Source: Candidatus Omnitrophota bacterium
Lineage (GTDB): Bacteria > Omnitrophota > Gorgyraeia > Gygaellales > Profunditerraquicolaceae
Reading direction: 5' to 3'
Length of the DNA stretch: 64,000 nt
Assembly: GCA_043812955.1 (NCBI GenBank)
Contig: JBDRLN010000018.1
Location: 13,849 to 77,848 of the forward strand
Both the position numbers and the translations under genes were made by a program. The notes beneath the pieces are model-generated. The model was not told the DNA's origin. It worked only from the letters and a program-made list of their open reading frames with translations, and did not search any database. Below, one piece after another: positions 1-10,219 of this stretch. Each line of letters starts with the position of its first letter. Positions within the stretch are counted from its first letter, which is position 1.

Positions 1-752
1 GTAAAAATAAGGCTATCTACTAAATCTAAGACCCCGCCCATTCCCGGTATCAAGGAACCAGAGTCCTTGGTCTGACAATCCCTTTTGATCAGGGACTCGG
101 ATAAATCCCCTAACTGTGCCAATACGCTTAATACCAAACCCAAAATAAAAAGATGAAGATAGGAAAAAGGCAAAAACGATTTACAAACCATCGCCCCTAA
201 AACACTAAGCATTACTCCCCCAACCGCGCCCTCCACCGACTTCTTAGGAGATATTCTCGGGATAAGCGGATGTTTGCCAAAACGCGAGCCTACCAGAAAT
301 GCCCCCATATCGGTTAATTTAGTAATAATGACTACTCCGGCCAGAAAAGCTGTCCCGTTTTCTAAGAAACGTATCTTGATCAAAAAACTCAAAAACCAGG
401 AGATATAAAGAATTCCGAATATAGTAGTGGAGATCCCCACTACCGCCCCGCTTGACTCGCGGCGCTTAAACTGCATGATTATTAAAAATAATAAAGCTAA
501 AACAATTAACAAGAGCTCCCAGCTCTTAGTCAGTTCAAAACGGGACAAGATCGAAAGCGGTATTACCGCGCCCATGCCGATGCCGAAGTATTTGTAAATA
601 CTGATGCCTTTTTTCTCCAACATCGTAAAAAACTCATAAAGCCCCAGGATTATCAATAAAGTGATCACCAGGCCAGAGAGCCAATCGCTGAATATTACCA
701 GTATTGCAAGCAAGATCAGCGCTATTGAGCTTAAGATCCTTTTATTTAGCAT
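1..752 (-). CDS. cdsA: phosphatidate cytidylyltransferase (CDP-diglyceride synthetase), 3' part cut by window edge
   Basis: Absent from the ORF track because its stop lies outside the window. The minus-strand translation of 1-752 begins MLNKRILSSIALILLAILVIF... and is a multi-TM protein with the CdsA C-terminal signature SPKKSVEGAVGG ... GMGGVLDLVDSL. Its ATG at 752..750 overlaps the uppS stop, matching the usual uppS-cdsA order. Confidence 0.75.
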   Translation of the reverse strand, partial: MLNKRILSSIALILLAILVIFSDWLSGLVITLLIILGLYEFFTMLEKKGISIYKYFGIGMGAVIPLSILSRFELTKSWELLLIVLALLFLIIMQFKRRESSGAVVGISTTIFGILYISWFLSFLIKIRFLENGTAFLAGVVIITKLTDMGAFLVGSRFGKHPLIPRISPKKSVEGAVGGVMLSVLGAMVCKSFLPFSYLHLFILGLVLSVLAQLGDLSESLIKRDCQTKDSGSLIPGMGGVLDLVDSLIF

Positions 753-1461
753 CTATCCCCCCGAACCTCCTCTTCCTCTCGGTAAAAGCCTCAATGGCCT
801 CTCTTAAATCATCTTTCTTAAAATCCGGCCAGCATTTTTTCACAAAATAGAATTCAGCGTAAGAAAGCTGCCAGAGTAGAAAATTACTTATCCTTATCTC
901 TCCGCTGGTACGAATTAGTAGGTCCGGGTCAGGCAGGTTCCCGGTATAAAGAAATCTCCCGAAAACCTCTTCATCCAAATCATCAATCCTAACCTTCCCC
1001 TTCAGAGCGAGATGGGCAAAATCTTTTGCCGCGTCCACTATCTCCTGGCGTGACCCGTAATTTAAAGCGAATACCAAGGTCATCTTGGAATTGCTATGAG
1101 TTTTTTCTTCTGCCGCTGCCATCTTCTTCCGGATATCTTCTGGAAAAGGGTCTTTCCTGCCGATAAACAATACCTTTATATTGTTTTTATGCAAATCCTT
1201 GATTTCATTATCCAGGAAATCTTTTAAGTAACGCATAAGAGCGTCAACCTCTTTTTTAGGCCGGTTCCAGTTCTCCGAGGAAAAAGCAAAAAGAGTAAGT
1301 ACCTTGACCCCGAGATCAGGCGCAACCCTGACTATCTCCCTGACCCGATTTATCCCCTCGCGGTGACCGATAACCCTGGGCAGCCTCCTGGCCTGGGCCC
1401 ACCTGCCGTTACCATCCATTATTATCGCGATATGCTTAGGGTTATTTTTTTTATCTATCAT
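742..1461 (-). CDS. uppS: undecaprenyl-diphosphate synthase (cis-prenyltransferase)
   Basis: 239 aa with the HIAIIMDGNGRWA motif and the RGHREG / FSSENWNRP motifs of UPP synthases. Confidence 0.9.
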   Translation of the reverse strand: MIDKKNNPKHIAIIMDGNGRWAQARRLPRVIGHREGINRVREIVRVAPDLGVKVLTLFAFSSENWNRPKKEVDALMRYLKDFLDNEIKDLHKNNIKVLFIGRKDPFPEDIRKKMAAAEEKTHSNSKMTLVFALNYGSRQEIVDAAKDFAHLALKGKVRIDDLDEEVFGRFLYTGNLPDPDLLIRTSGEIRISNFLLWQLSYAEFYFVKKCWPDFKKDDLREAIEAFTERKRRFGGIDAK

Positions 1462-1468
1462 ATTACTC

Positions 1469-1525
1469 TAGGGGACGTTTCTATTTTTCTCTATAAAATT
1501 TCCTGAAAAATAGAAACGTCCCCTA
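1469..1525. terminator. Perfect 19-20 nt inverted repeat (TAGGGGACGTTTCTATTTTT ... AAAAATAGAAACGTCCCCTA) between the GH57 3' end and the uppS start; terminator-like hairpin
   Basis: The arms at 1469-1488 and 1506-1525 are exact reverse complements separated by about 17 nt. It lies downstream of the GH57 stop at 1583 and upstream of the uppS start at 1461. There is no clean U-run, so it could equally be a regulatory or repeat element; the same 18-mer recurs inside the giant gene at 52270-52292. Confidence 0.35.
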
Positions 1526-1582
1526 ATTTAAACTCAAAGTTCAAAACGTTTTATTTTTACGTTTTTCGCTTTGAGCTTTAAA

Positions 1583-3199
1583 CTACTGATGGACTCGATA
1601 ATCTATTTCCGGGAAGATATTATCTTTGTATTCGATTTCCGTTAGCCATTCCTGGTCAATGGAATTTGACTTTATGTCTTCGTATAGGCGTGTAAAATTC
1701 AAAATGTGGTCTTTGGTCCTGCGGACTGCATAAGAAGTATGCGTTCCCGTGCCCATGATAAATGCCCAATCTGAACTCTGGGCCAAAAGTAATTCCCGTA
1801 AAGCCTGGTTTAATGCCCTTTTAAATAAACCGTTGGTATTAGAATAGGACCTGACGAGCTCAGTCATTCGCCCGGATGCGCTATGTAAATGCCGGTAGAT
1901 CCAGTCATTCGAGCCCTGCAGCCACATCTCAGAATAACCCTTCCATCCCCAGCTGGACATCGAAGGAGTAATCACCTGGTTACGCGGATTCTCAGCCAAA
2001 TATTCCGAAGGCGTAATCAACCGTATTATATCCTGATCACAAGAGATCTTACGGATCAGAAAATCCAACCACTGCGGGCCTTCATACCACCAATGCCCGT
2101 ATAATTCTGCGTCATAAGGAGAAATTATCAAAGGTTTCTTGCCGATAAAATCATTCAGGTATTCAACCTGCTTCTGGCGGTTAAACATAAAATTCCCGGC
2201 GTGTTCCGCGCACTTTTCAGTGGCCCATTCCGGGACATAAGGCTCTTTGTGGTTTCCCGTACCGGTTATACGATAATATTTTATCCCAGTAGCAATCCTT
2301 ACTCCGTCAGGATGGATATAAGGCCGGATGTAATTATACTCGCAGTCAAAACCGATATCCCGGTAGAATTCCCGGTAATTATAATCCCCCGGATAACCTT
2401 CGATCGAAGACCAAACCTGCTTGGAAGATTCCAGGTCCCTGCTAAAGCAGGCAACACCCGTGCCCTTGCAATACACCGGGGCGAATACCCCGTATTTAGG
2501 CCTGGGAGTGCCGTGTAAAACTCCGTGGGCATCGGAAAAAAAATATTTTAGGCCTGCCTCTTTTAGGATCTCATCCTGGCCCGGCTGAAAACCGCATTCC
2601 GGAAGCCAGATGCCCCTGGGCCTTCTGCCGTATACGCTCTCATAATGGCTGACAGCTACCTTGACCTGAGCCCTTACTGATTCTTTACAAACATCCATAA
2701 GCGGAAAATATCCATGGGTTGCCCCGCAGGTAATGATCTCCAGTTTTCCCAGGTCCTGAAACCTCTTAAAAGCCATCGCTAGATTCCTCTTGTATTTTTC
2801 AAAAGTATCCCTGGCCCGGCAAAAAGTATTCAGATACATTATTGCCAGACGTTGAAATTCCGGCTGCCAACTAGTCCTTTCTATTTCTTTATGGGCCAGT
2901 TCGATCAGCCTATTGATATGTTTTACATAGCGTTCCTGCAAAAGCTGGTCGCAAAACATCGCGGTCAGGGTCGGGGTTACCGACATGGTAATCCTAAAGT
3001 CTATTTTGTCTTCCATTAATTTTTCGTAGACCCAGATCAGTGGCAGATAAGTTTCAGTGATCGCCTCATAAAACCAATCTTCCTCCAGAAAATCCTCGTG
3101 TTCAGGATGCCGGACATAGGGGAGATGACTGTGCAGGACTAAACAAAGGTATCCTTTATTAGACATGTCTATCTTTCTTTTTTTTTCACGGATTCTCAC
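1583..3199 (-). CDS. glycoside hydrolase family 57 protein (alpha-glucan branching enzyme / amylopullulanase-like)
   Basis: 538 aa carrying the GH57 N-terminal signature LVLHSHLPYVRH. The alternative start MSNKGY at 3165 would give a more typical N-terminus. Confidence 0.75.
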   Translation of the reverse strand: MRIREKKRKIDMSNKGYLCLVLHSHLPYVRHPEHEDFLEEDWFYEAITETYLPLIWVYEKLMEDKIDFRITMSVTPTLTAMFCDQLLQERYVKHINRLIELAHKEIERTSWQPEFQRLAIMYLNTFCRARDTFEKYKRNLAMAFKRFQDLGKLEIITCGATHGYFPLMDVCKESVRAQVKVAVSHYESVYGRRPRGIWLPECGFQPGQDEILKEAGLKYFFSDAHGVLHGTPRPKYGVFAPVYCKGTGVACFSRDLESSKQVWSSIEGYPGDYNYREFYRDIGFDCEYNYIRPYIHPDGVRIATGIKYYRITGTGNHKEPYVPEWATEKCAEHAGNFMFNRQKQVEYLNDFIGKKPLIISPYDAELYGHWWYEGPQWLDFLIRKISCDQDIIRLITPSEYLAENPRNQVITPSMSSWGWKGYSEMWLQGSNDWIYRHLHSASGRMTELVRSYSNTNGLFKRALNQALRELLLAQSSDWAFIMGTGTHTSYAVRRTKDHILNFTRLYEDIKSNSIDQEWLTEIEYKDNIFPEIDYRVHQ

Positions 3200-3290
3200 G
3201 GATTTATTATACGGATTTTCACAGATTATCCGCGTAAATTTATCCGCGTAAATCCGTTATTTTATCCGTGTATATCCGTGTCAATTCAAA
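3176..3290. repeat. Intergenic repeat family D, copy 1 (ACGGAT / ATCCGCGTAAATCCGTTATTTTATCCGTGT iterated motif)
   Basis: TTTTTTTTCACGGATTCTCACGGATTTATTATACGGATTTTCACAGATTATCCGCGTAAATTTATCCGCGTAAATCCGTTATTTTATCCGTGTATATCCGTGTC; a near-identical block lies at 14741-14812. Confidence 0.6.
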
Positions 3291-3294
3291 ATTA

Positions 3295-4338
3295 TCACTT
3301 CAGCACTTGGCTGGACTTGGTTTCGCGGGATACTATCGGAGTGATAGTCCTCTCTTCCAACTCGTCGCTAGCAACAGCCTTAACCGGAATTACCTGTTTT
3401 CCGTCAGGAAGCGCGTAACGTAAAGTAAAAGTCCCATCCGGCCTTAATTTTATCGGCTTACCCTGAACGGATACTTTAGCGTCCGGTTCAGTAGCCCCGT
3501 AGACAATTAATTCGCAATCCACAACTAACCAAAATTTCCTGATCTTGGGAATTTTTTTAACCGGGCTGGCCATTGAGGCCATTCCCGGAGAAGCCAAGAT
3601 CCCGGAGAATAAGGCTTTTTTTACCCTCTCCTGCCAGGCCTTTCCTACGGGCGAACTCTGACCCAATCCAAAACCCATACCGTAAAGCTTGCCGAAAATC
3701 TCTTCAGGAATCATCCATTCTTCATCGCTGATCCAGGATGGCCCATCAAGCGGAGATTGAACTGTATTGGAACGAACTATGGTTATAAATTCTCCGTTGG
3801 GAAGTTTTAAACCAAAATCTGCACACCATGACCTCCCTGGACCGGCAGCATCAATATACCAGGTATTGGCATCATGATTAATCTCTATATCGAAAAATTT
3901 ATGCGCGTTCTTGCCATTAAAAATAATCTGGCTGACATCATAAACCCTGAGCGTTTTTTTAGCTGAATGAAATATATCTTTAAGCTGCTGCTTTAACTTG
4001 GCCCAGGTATTTAAGGTCACTTCCCAGTAAGAATGCAACCACCAGGGATCGCGAATCTGTAAAATAATCTCATCCTTATTATATCCTCCGGGCAAATCAT
4101 GAGGCATGGGCCTGGGCAATTGTTTCGCCTGAAGAAAAGAAAATTTAGCCCTTTCTATCTCCATCTGCTGCAGCCCCAACATATCCTTAAGGGGCATCTC
4201 AATAGTATTCTTTTTAGAAATAGTGCCTTTACGTATGCGACTTAAAACTTTACGTTTAACTGAGGCCGGAGTAGACTTTCTCTTGGGAATTATTTTGGAA
4301 AGCCTGTCTTTAATTTTGCGTATTTTTGTCATAGCCAT
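3295..4338 (-). CDS. hypothetical protein, DUF4912-like (a type often encoded next to GH57 genes)
   Basis: 347 aa. A GGAGGTAATGAGAT Shine-Dalgarno sits just upstream of the ATG. The central RDPWWLHSYWE motif and the position beside a GH57 gene suggest DUF4912, recalled from memory only. Confidence 0.45.
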   Translation of the reverse strand: MAMTKIRKIKDRLSKIIPKRKSTPASVKRKVLSRIRKGTISKKNTIEMPLKDMLGLQQMEIERAKFSFLQAKQLPRPMPHDLPGGYNKDEIILQIRDPWWLHSYWEVTLNTWAKLKQQLKDIFHSAKKTLRVYDVSQIIFNGKNAHKFFDIEINHDANTWYIDAAGPGRSWCADFGLKLPNGEFITIVRSNTVQSPLDGPSWISDEEWMIPEEIFGKLYGMGFGLGQSSPVGKAWQERVKKALFSGILASPGMASMASPVKKIPKIRKFWLVVDCELIVYGATEPDAKVSVQGKPIKLRPDGTFTLRYALPDGKQVIPVKAVASDELEERTITPIVSRETKSSQVLK

Positions 4339-4469
4339 ATCTCATTACCTCCTTCCGCAGTAAGCGGAATACTTAGCACTACGATTACCTGGGGCGCCGC
4401 AACAAAAAAAGGGTTAAATATCCCCTCTTTTCTACAATTTATTATTTTGCGCCGTCTTCTTTTTTTAAA

Positions 4470-4847
4470 TCATTTATTGATTATTGATTTGCTGTTTACC
4501 GAGGCGTCTTTAAACTCCTCTCCCAGGGCCTCTTTAACCTGGGTAACTTTAACCATCCCTTCTTTCAAATCCTTACTGACCAATCTCTCCTGATCCAATA
4601 GCTTTTTGGTCGCCTCATGGCTGGCTTTTTCATTCTGTAATTCCTTATCCTTGGCCATTAGCTGGAAATCCCGGCCCTTTTTTTCGTCCTGTAATTTCTC
4701 TTCAGCCTCAAGACGGGCATACATCTCCTTATCTTTCATATTCTTCTGCTTTTGAATATTTCCGCAGGATTTAATCGTAGTTATTAAAAATACCAACGTA
4801 AGTAAAACCAATATTGGAAAAAGTTTACCCCGGATATCCTCCTCCAT
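4470..4847 (-). CDS. small membrane-anchored coiled-coil protein (FtsB/DivIC-like topology), hypothetical
   Basis: 125 aa with one N-terminal hydrophobic helix (LFPILVLLTLVFLITTI) followed by a charged K/E-rich helical region. Confidence 0.4.
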   Translation of the reverse strand: MEEDIRGKLFPILVLLTLVFLITTIKSCGNIQKQKNMKDKEMYARLEAEEKLQDEKKGRDFQLMAKDKELQNEKASHEATKKLLDQERLVSKDLKEGMVKVTQVKEALGEEFKDASVNSKSIINK

Positions 4848-4970
4848 TTATATCGCCCTCATAAAAACAGGTTAAAAAGGTTAAATAGATTAAAAAAATT
4901 AAGAGGGTTGCGGAAATAAATCCGACAACCTCTTTAACATTCTCAACTTTCTTAACATTCTTAACCTCGA

Positions 4971-5615
4971 TTATTTAATGTTTTCCTTCGGTTCCTTAAG
5001 CCCTTCGGAATCCTTAATCTCTTTAACCTTAGTAGTCTTAGGCAGAATCACGATCTCAACCCTGCGGTTAAGCCTTCTGCCCTCTTTGGAATCATTAGCG
5101 CTGACCGGATGATATTCACCGTAACCTATAGCAGACAAACGCTCAGGCAATAAACTCTTTTGATCGATAAGATAATGTAAAACGCTTAAGGCCCGGGCAG
5201 TAGATAACTCCCAGTTTGACTTCCAGCTGGATACCTTAATAGGTTCGTTATCGCTATGCCCCTCTATGCCTACCTTAAATTCCGGGATATTCTCTTGTAA
5301 AACCCGGGCAACTTTATCCAGTATCGGCATCGCCTCAAGCCTGATCTTATCCTTCCCGGAATCAAATAATATATCTGCTACAAAAGTAATTACCAGGCCC
5401 TTTTCCATCATTTTAAGCCGGACGTTTTTATCCTTGATCTCCTGGGACAACCTTTTCTCCAGAATGTCTTTCACCTGGCTTAATTCATCTACCTGCTTGG
5501 ATAAATTCTCGATCTTCTGCAGATCTGAACGCCTCCCCCCCTGAAAAACAAAAGTGCACCCGTTCAAGCCTAAGGCTGAAATCAATATCATAAATAAAAT
5601 TTGCTTTTTCATCAC
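4971..5615 (-). CDS. OmpA-family lipoprotein (Pal/MotB-like peptidoglycan-binding domain)
   Basis: Signal peptide with a lipobox-like LGLNGC, then an OmpA C-terminal motif block GHSDNEP...TARALSVLHYL...NRRVEIV. Confidence 0.7.
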   Translation of the reverse strand: MMKKQILFMILISALGLNGCTFVFQGGRRSDLQKIENLSKQVDELSQVKDILEKRLSQEIKDKNVRLKMMEKGLVITFVADILFDSGKDKIRLEAMPILDKVARVLQENIPEFKVGIEGHSDNEPIKVSSWKSNWELSTARALSVLHYLIDQKSLLPERLSAIGYGEYHPVSANDSKEGRRLNRRVEIVILPKTTKVKEIKDSEGLKEPKENIK

Positions 5616-5668
5616 AACCTCCTAGTTCTTTACAGTGTTTTTTATAGTATCATAACCTCAAATTATAG

Positions 5669-6952
<1,284 letters not shown>

Positions 6953-6982
6953 TTAATTATTGCCTTGCATTAATAAAAGGTA

Positions 6983-7056
6983 CAGGTAAAGGTATAGGTA
7001 GAGATTTTGTCTTTGTTTTTCTTTACCTATACCTCTTCCTCTACCTACTTCTATAT
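6983..7056. repeat. Intergenic imperfect inverted-repeat family F, copy 1 (AGGTAAAGGTATAGGTAGAG ... CTTTACCTATACCTCTTCCTCTACCT)
   Basis: Lies between the purA start and the LeuA-like gene stop. The same architecture recurs at 11848-11925. Confidence 0.5.
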
Positions 7057-7062
7057 TTGTCC

Positions 7063-8307
7063 CTATTCTGGCGACATGGTGAATATCTTACGGGCGATAT
7101 CCGAATATTTTCCGATAAATTTCAACTCATCGTCCACTAAGGGTTTTTGGTTATGTATATTGGCGTAACGGGCCAGTTCCAGGATCTCGGTAGCCTCTTT
7201 CTCGTCTTTAAAAACTATCTCCAACTTATCATAAACATTCCGAAAACCCTTGATCCCGGAATATTCGCCGACAGTAATCTTCCTGCCGGTTTCAATAATC
7301 TCCGGTTCGCCCCGGCCTAATTCCTCATAATCATAAAGTTCATAATTACGCCTGTCCTTTAATGCCCCATCAGCATGAATACCGGATTCATGGGCAAAGG
7401 CATTTGAGCCTACGCCAGGCTGATTTATCGGTATAGGTATGCCGAAGGCGTACGAGGCATATTTACAGATCTTCCAGGCTATCTTTAAATCTACTTTCTC
7501 ATCCAGGCGATACTTATCCTTGATCTGACTGCCATATTTTAGCGCCAATATTACCGCGACTAAATCCGCATTACCCGCCCGCTCACCCATCCCATTAATG
7601 CAGGTATTAATAAAAGCATCATACCCAGCGTCATTAACCGCCATTGCCCCGGCAACTGAATTAGCCACCACCATACCTAAATCATTATGGCAATGGACTT
7701 CAATAGGCATCTGCACTTCTTCGGTTATTTTCTTAATCCGGTCATAGATGCTAAACGCAGAATCAAAACCTAAAGTATCGCAATATCTAAGCCGGTCCGC
7801 TCCCGCGGCCTTGGCTGCCTGGCCAAATTCAATCAGGTACTCCATCCGCGAACGCGAGGCATCCTCGGCATTAACCCCGATAGTCTGCGCTCCCAATTTA
7901 CGAGCCTCTTTAACCGCCTCAGCCATCTCTTTGATTATTGAAGCGTAATCTAATTTACCTTTAAACTTATGCTCAATCATCTGATCCGAGGTAGAAATAG
8001 ATAAATTTAAATGTTTTATCGCAGGCACCAACTTATACGCCTGCCGGACATCTTCCTTGATCGCCCTAAGCCACCCCCCTAAATGGATAGGAGATAATAC
8101 TCCCTTTTTAACCAGTTCCAGGTTGGCATTAAGGTAATTAGTCTCATGGTGGGTGATAGGAAAACCGAACTCGCTCTGATATGCCCCCATTTCATTCAGG
8201 TACAGATTGATCATTGTCTTCTGAAGCTTGGATAAACAGATCCGCGATGTCTGAACCCCGTCCCGGTTGGTAACGTCAATTAAATAAATCTTTGGTTTAT
8301 TAGCCAT
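7063..8307 (-). CDS. LeuA/NifV-family 2-oxoacid:acetyl-CoA C-acetyltransferase (homocitrate / citramalate / isopropylmalate synthase-like; short form lacking the LeuA regulatory domain)
   Basis: 414 aa with the N-terminal DVTNRDGVQT (TxRDGxQ) and the HCHNDLGM metal-binding motif; the substrate cannot be assigned from sequence. Confidence 0.75.
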   Translation of the reverse strand: MANKPKIYLIDVTNRDGVQTSRICLSKLQKTMINLYLNEMGAYQSEFGFPITHHETNYLNANLELVKKGVLSPIHLGGWLRAIKEDVRQAYKLVPAIKHLNLSISTSDQMIEHKFKGKLDYASIIKEMAEAVKEARKLGAQTIGVNAEDASRSRMEYLIEFGQAAKAAGADRLRYCDTLGFDSAFSIYDRIKKITEEVQMPIEVHCHNDLGMVVANSVAGAMAVNDAGYDAFINTCINGMGERAGNADLVAVILALKYGSQIKDKYRLDEKVDLKIAWKICKYASYAFGIPIPINQPGVGSNAFAHESGIHADGALKDRRNYELYDYEELGRGEPEIIETGRKITVGEYSGIKGFRNVYDKLEIVFKDEKEATEILELARYANIHNQKPLVDDELKFIGKYSDIARKIFTMSPE

Positions 8308-8327
8308 CTTATCACCTCTTATCAGTT

Positions 8328-10100
8328 TTACCTCTTTATAATCTTTCTGAGGTCTTCTTTAGAAGGAACACCCTTGGAACTAAAAACCTCCCTATTATTT
8401 AATAGATAAGTTGGCCCGAACATGACCATTAATTCTTTATTCAGGCTTATATTCTCCCTCAATAAATTTTTTCCCTCATCAGACTGAGCGCAGGCCTTAA
8501 TCTTCGCGGTATCGAATTTACCCAGGCCGCAGTCATCCCACCAGGAAGTAAAGCTATTTTTCGCCCGGCAGCTGATATAGTCCCAGAAATATTCCGGAAA
8601 ATGTTTCTGCACACATACACTACGCAAGGCCTCTTCAACTTCCGCAATACCTTTAGGGGCCTCAAATTTATCTTCTTTCTCCACTGCCAGAAAATGTACT
8701 ATAGGATTAAATTCTTTTAATGAATCGAGTGACGCGAAACTATCCTTATCAAATAAGCTAAAAAATAGATCCAACCTGCCCTTAACAAATTCGCGATTAA
8801 GAAAATACGACATACCTGACATCTGAGGCAAAACCTGATAGAATTCATTTTTTAATTCTAGATTATTTTTCAGGTTCTCGAATTCCTTTTCCTTCTCCAG
8901 CTCTTTACCCAGAAAATAAGCCGGTAGACTTAGGATATCAAACTCCCGGATTAATTTATCCGCTTCCTTACCCGGGTAAGGGACTTCCCTAACTTCTAGC
9001 CCGTTGATCTTCTTCTTAAAGAAATTTACCATCGGGTTAATATCACATACCGCGCAAGACTTAGGGCTAATAACCAAAAACCGCACTTTTTGGGCCGCGG
9101 TAAACAGGCATTGAGATCTGATTTCGCCGGGATTCTGGCAGGTCCCAATCATTTTTTCTTTTTTACAGTTACTCTCGGAAAAACAGCGCGGGAGCACTAA
9201 ACTTATATCATCGTCATCAATTATTTTATCCGACAAACGTAATTCATCTATCCTGTAATCGGAAATTTTTTTATCTTTTATATTTAAAACTGCCTTGCCT
9301 AATCTACGGCCCTGCCAAGCCGGCCTTAATATCAAAGTGGAATTTACCTTAGCAAAGATACTCTCCTTTAAACGGCTATGCCCGATTATGACTACGTCGA
9401 TACCCGGCACATTTTTAATCAGCCTAACATCCTCATCTTCGCCTAACTGGCTTAACAATATAATTATATCAACGGATTTGGATTTAAGCTCATCTACTAC
9501 CTGTTTAACCTTAGTCCCGGGGTCCGCTATATCCAAACCCCCGGTTTTAGGAGCGATTGAAACCGGGGCAACTCCGATTATCCCGATCTTTACGCCAGCC
9601 AGCTCTTTTATCACGTAAGGCAAAACGTTATCTAATTTTAAATTACTGGAGACAAAATTTACTTTAGTTTCTTTTATAGCTTGCTGGAGAAATTCCCGGC
9701 CAAAATTAAACTCATTATCCCCTAAATTCAGGGCGTCGTATTTCATTAACTCCAGGGATTTAAGGTTTACCCGGGTCCGTTTCTTATCTAAATCCGTGTT
9801 CTGGGTATATTCATCCGTTAGTCCGCTGGCAAAAAATCCGCCTGAATCCAAAACTAAGGTATTGGCATTTTTTGCCCTTATTTCCTTTATCCGGCTAGCT
9901 CTCCGGGCTACCCCGCCGTCGGATTCTATCGGGCAGCTGCAGGGATAAAGCATAGAGTGGGTCTCGCCGGTGTAAAGTAGGGTGATTTCCTCGGCAAAAC
10001 AGGGAAACGCAAAATTCAAAACTAAAAACGTAAAACTGAAACTCAAAACTAAAAAAGTTTTTCCCGTCCAGCGCTTAAGCCATAGGGCGGGATCCCGCAT
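8328..10100 (-). CDS. secreted 5'-nucleotidase/metallophosphoesterase fused to a C-terminal DsbA-like thioredoxin-fold domain
   Basis: 5'-nucleotidase family blocks are present (LVLDSGGFF, LGDNEFNFG, VKIGIIGV, DVVIIGHSR). The C-terminal ~300 aa contains a CAVC pair and a DsbA-like GPTYLLNNRE. The ORF track extends to 10223 (MTIK..., an ATGA overlap with the serA stop), but those extra 41 aa are encoded by a copy of repeat family B. A canonical signal peptide, MRDPALWLKRWTGKTFLVLSFSFTFLVLNFAFPCFA, begins at 10100, which I take as the more likely start. Confidence 0.6.
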   Translation of the reverse strand: MRDPALWLKRWTGKTFLVLSFSFTFLVLNFAFPCFAEEITLLYTGETHSMLYPCSCPIESDGGVARRASRIKEIRAKNANTLVLDSGGFFASGLTDEYTQNTDLDKKRTRVNLKSLELMKYDALNLGDNEFNFGREFLQQAIKETKVNFVSSNLKLDNVLPYVIKELAGVKIGIIGVAPVSIAPKTGGLDIADPGTKVKQVVDELKSKSVDIIILLSQLGEDEDVRLIKNVPGIDVVIIGHSRLKESIFAKVNSTLILRPAWQGRRLGKAVLNIKDKKISDYRIDELRLSDKIIDDDDISLVLPRCFSESNCKKEKMIGTCQNPGEIRSQCLFTAAQKVRFLVISPKSCAVCDINPMVNFFKKKINGLEVREVPYPGKEADKLIREFDILSLPAYFLGKELEKEKEFENLKNNLELKNEFYQVLPQMSGMSYFLNREFVKGRLDLFFSLFDKDSFASLDSLKEFNPIVHFLAVEKEDKFEAPKGIAEVEEALRSVCVQKHFPEYFWDYISCRAKNSFTSWWDDCGLGKFDTAKIKACAQSDEGKNLLRENISLNKELMVMFGPTYLLNNREVFSSKGVPSKEDLRKIIKR

Positions 10101-10142
10101 AAAAAATATTAGATTCCCAGCGGGAAAACTTTTAGTTGTAAC

Positions 10143-10212
10143 CTTGCGCTTTTCCTGCCTAACTGCCGGATAGGCAGGCCTGCCGGCAGGCAGGGCGCTT
10201 TGCGCTTTTAAC
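10143..10212. repeat. Repeat family B-like nested palindrome (GCGCTTTTCCTGCCTAACTGCCGGATAGGCAGGCCTGCCGGCAGGCAGGGCGCTTTGCGC)
   Basis: Built from CCTGCC/GGCAGG palindromic units and a GCGCAAAGCG flank, as in the in-frame family B copies inside the giant gene (26877-26965, 31291-31395, 40395-40500). Confidence 0.55.
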
Positions 10213-10219
10213 TTAATGG

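Noticed and set aside
8459-8665. Small same-strand or antisense ORFs nested in housekeeping genes (8459..8665, 13355..13585, 9295..9618, 10545..11291, 14530..14910, etc.)
   Set aside because: They lie wholly within longer ORFs that have clear family signatures, and they have no motifs, RBS or conservation cues.
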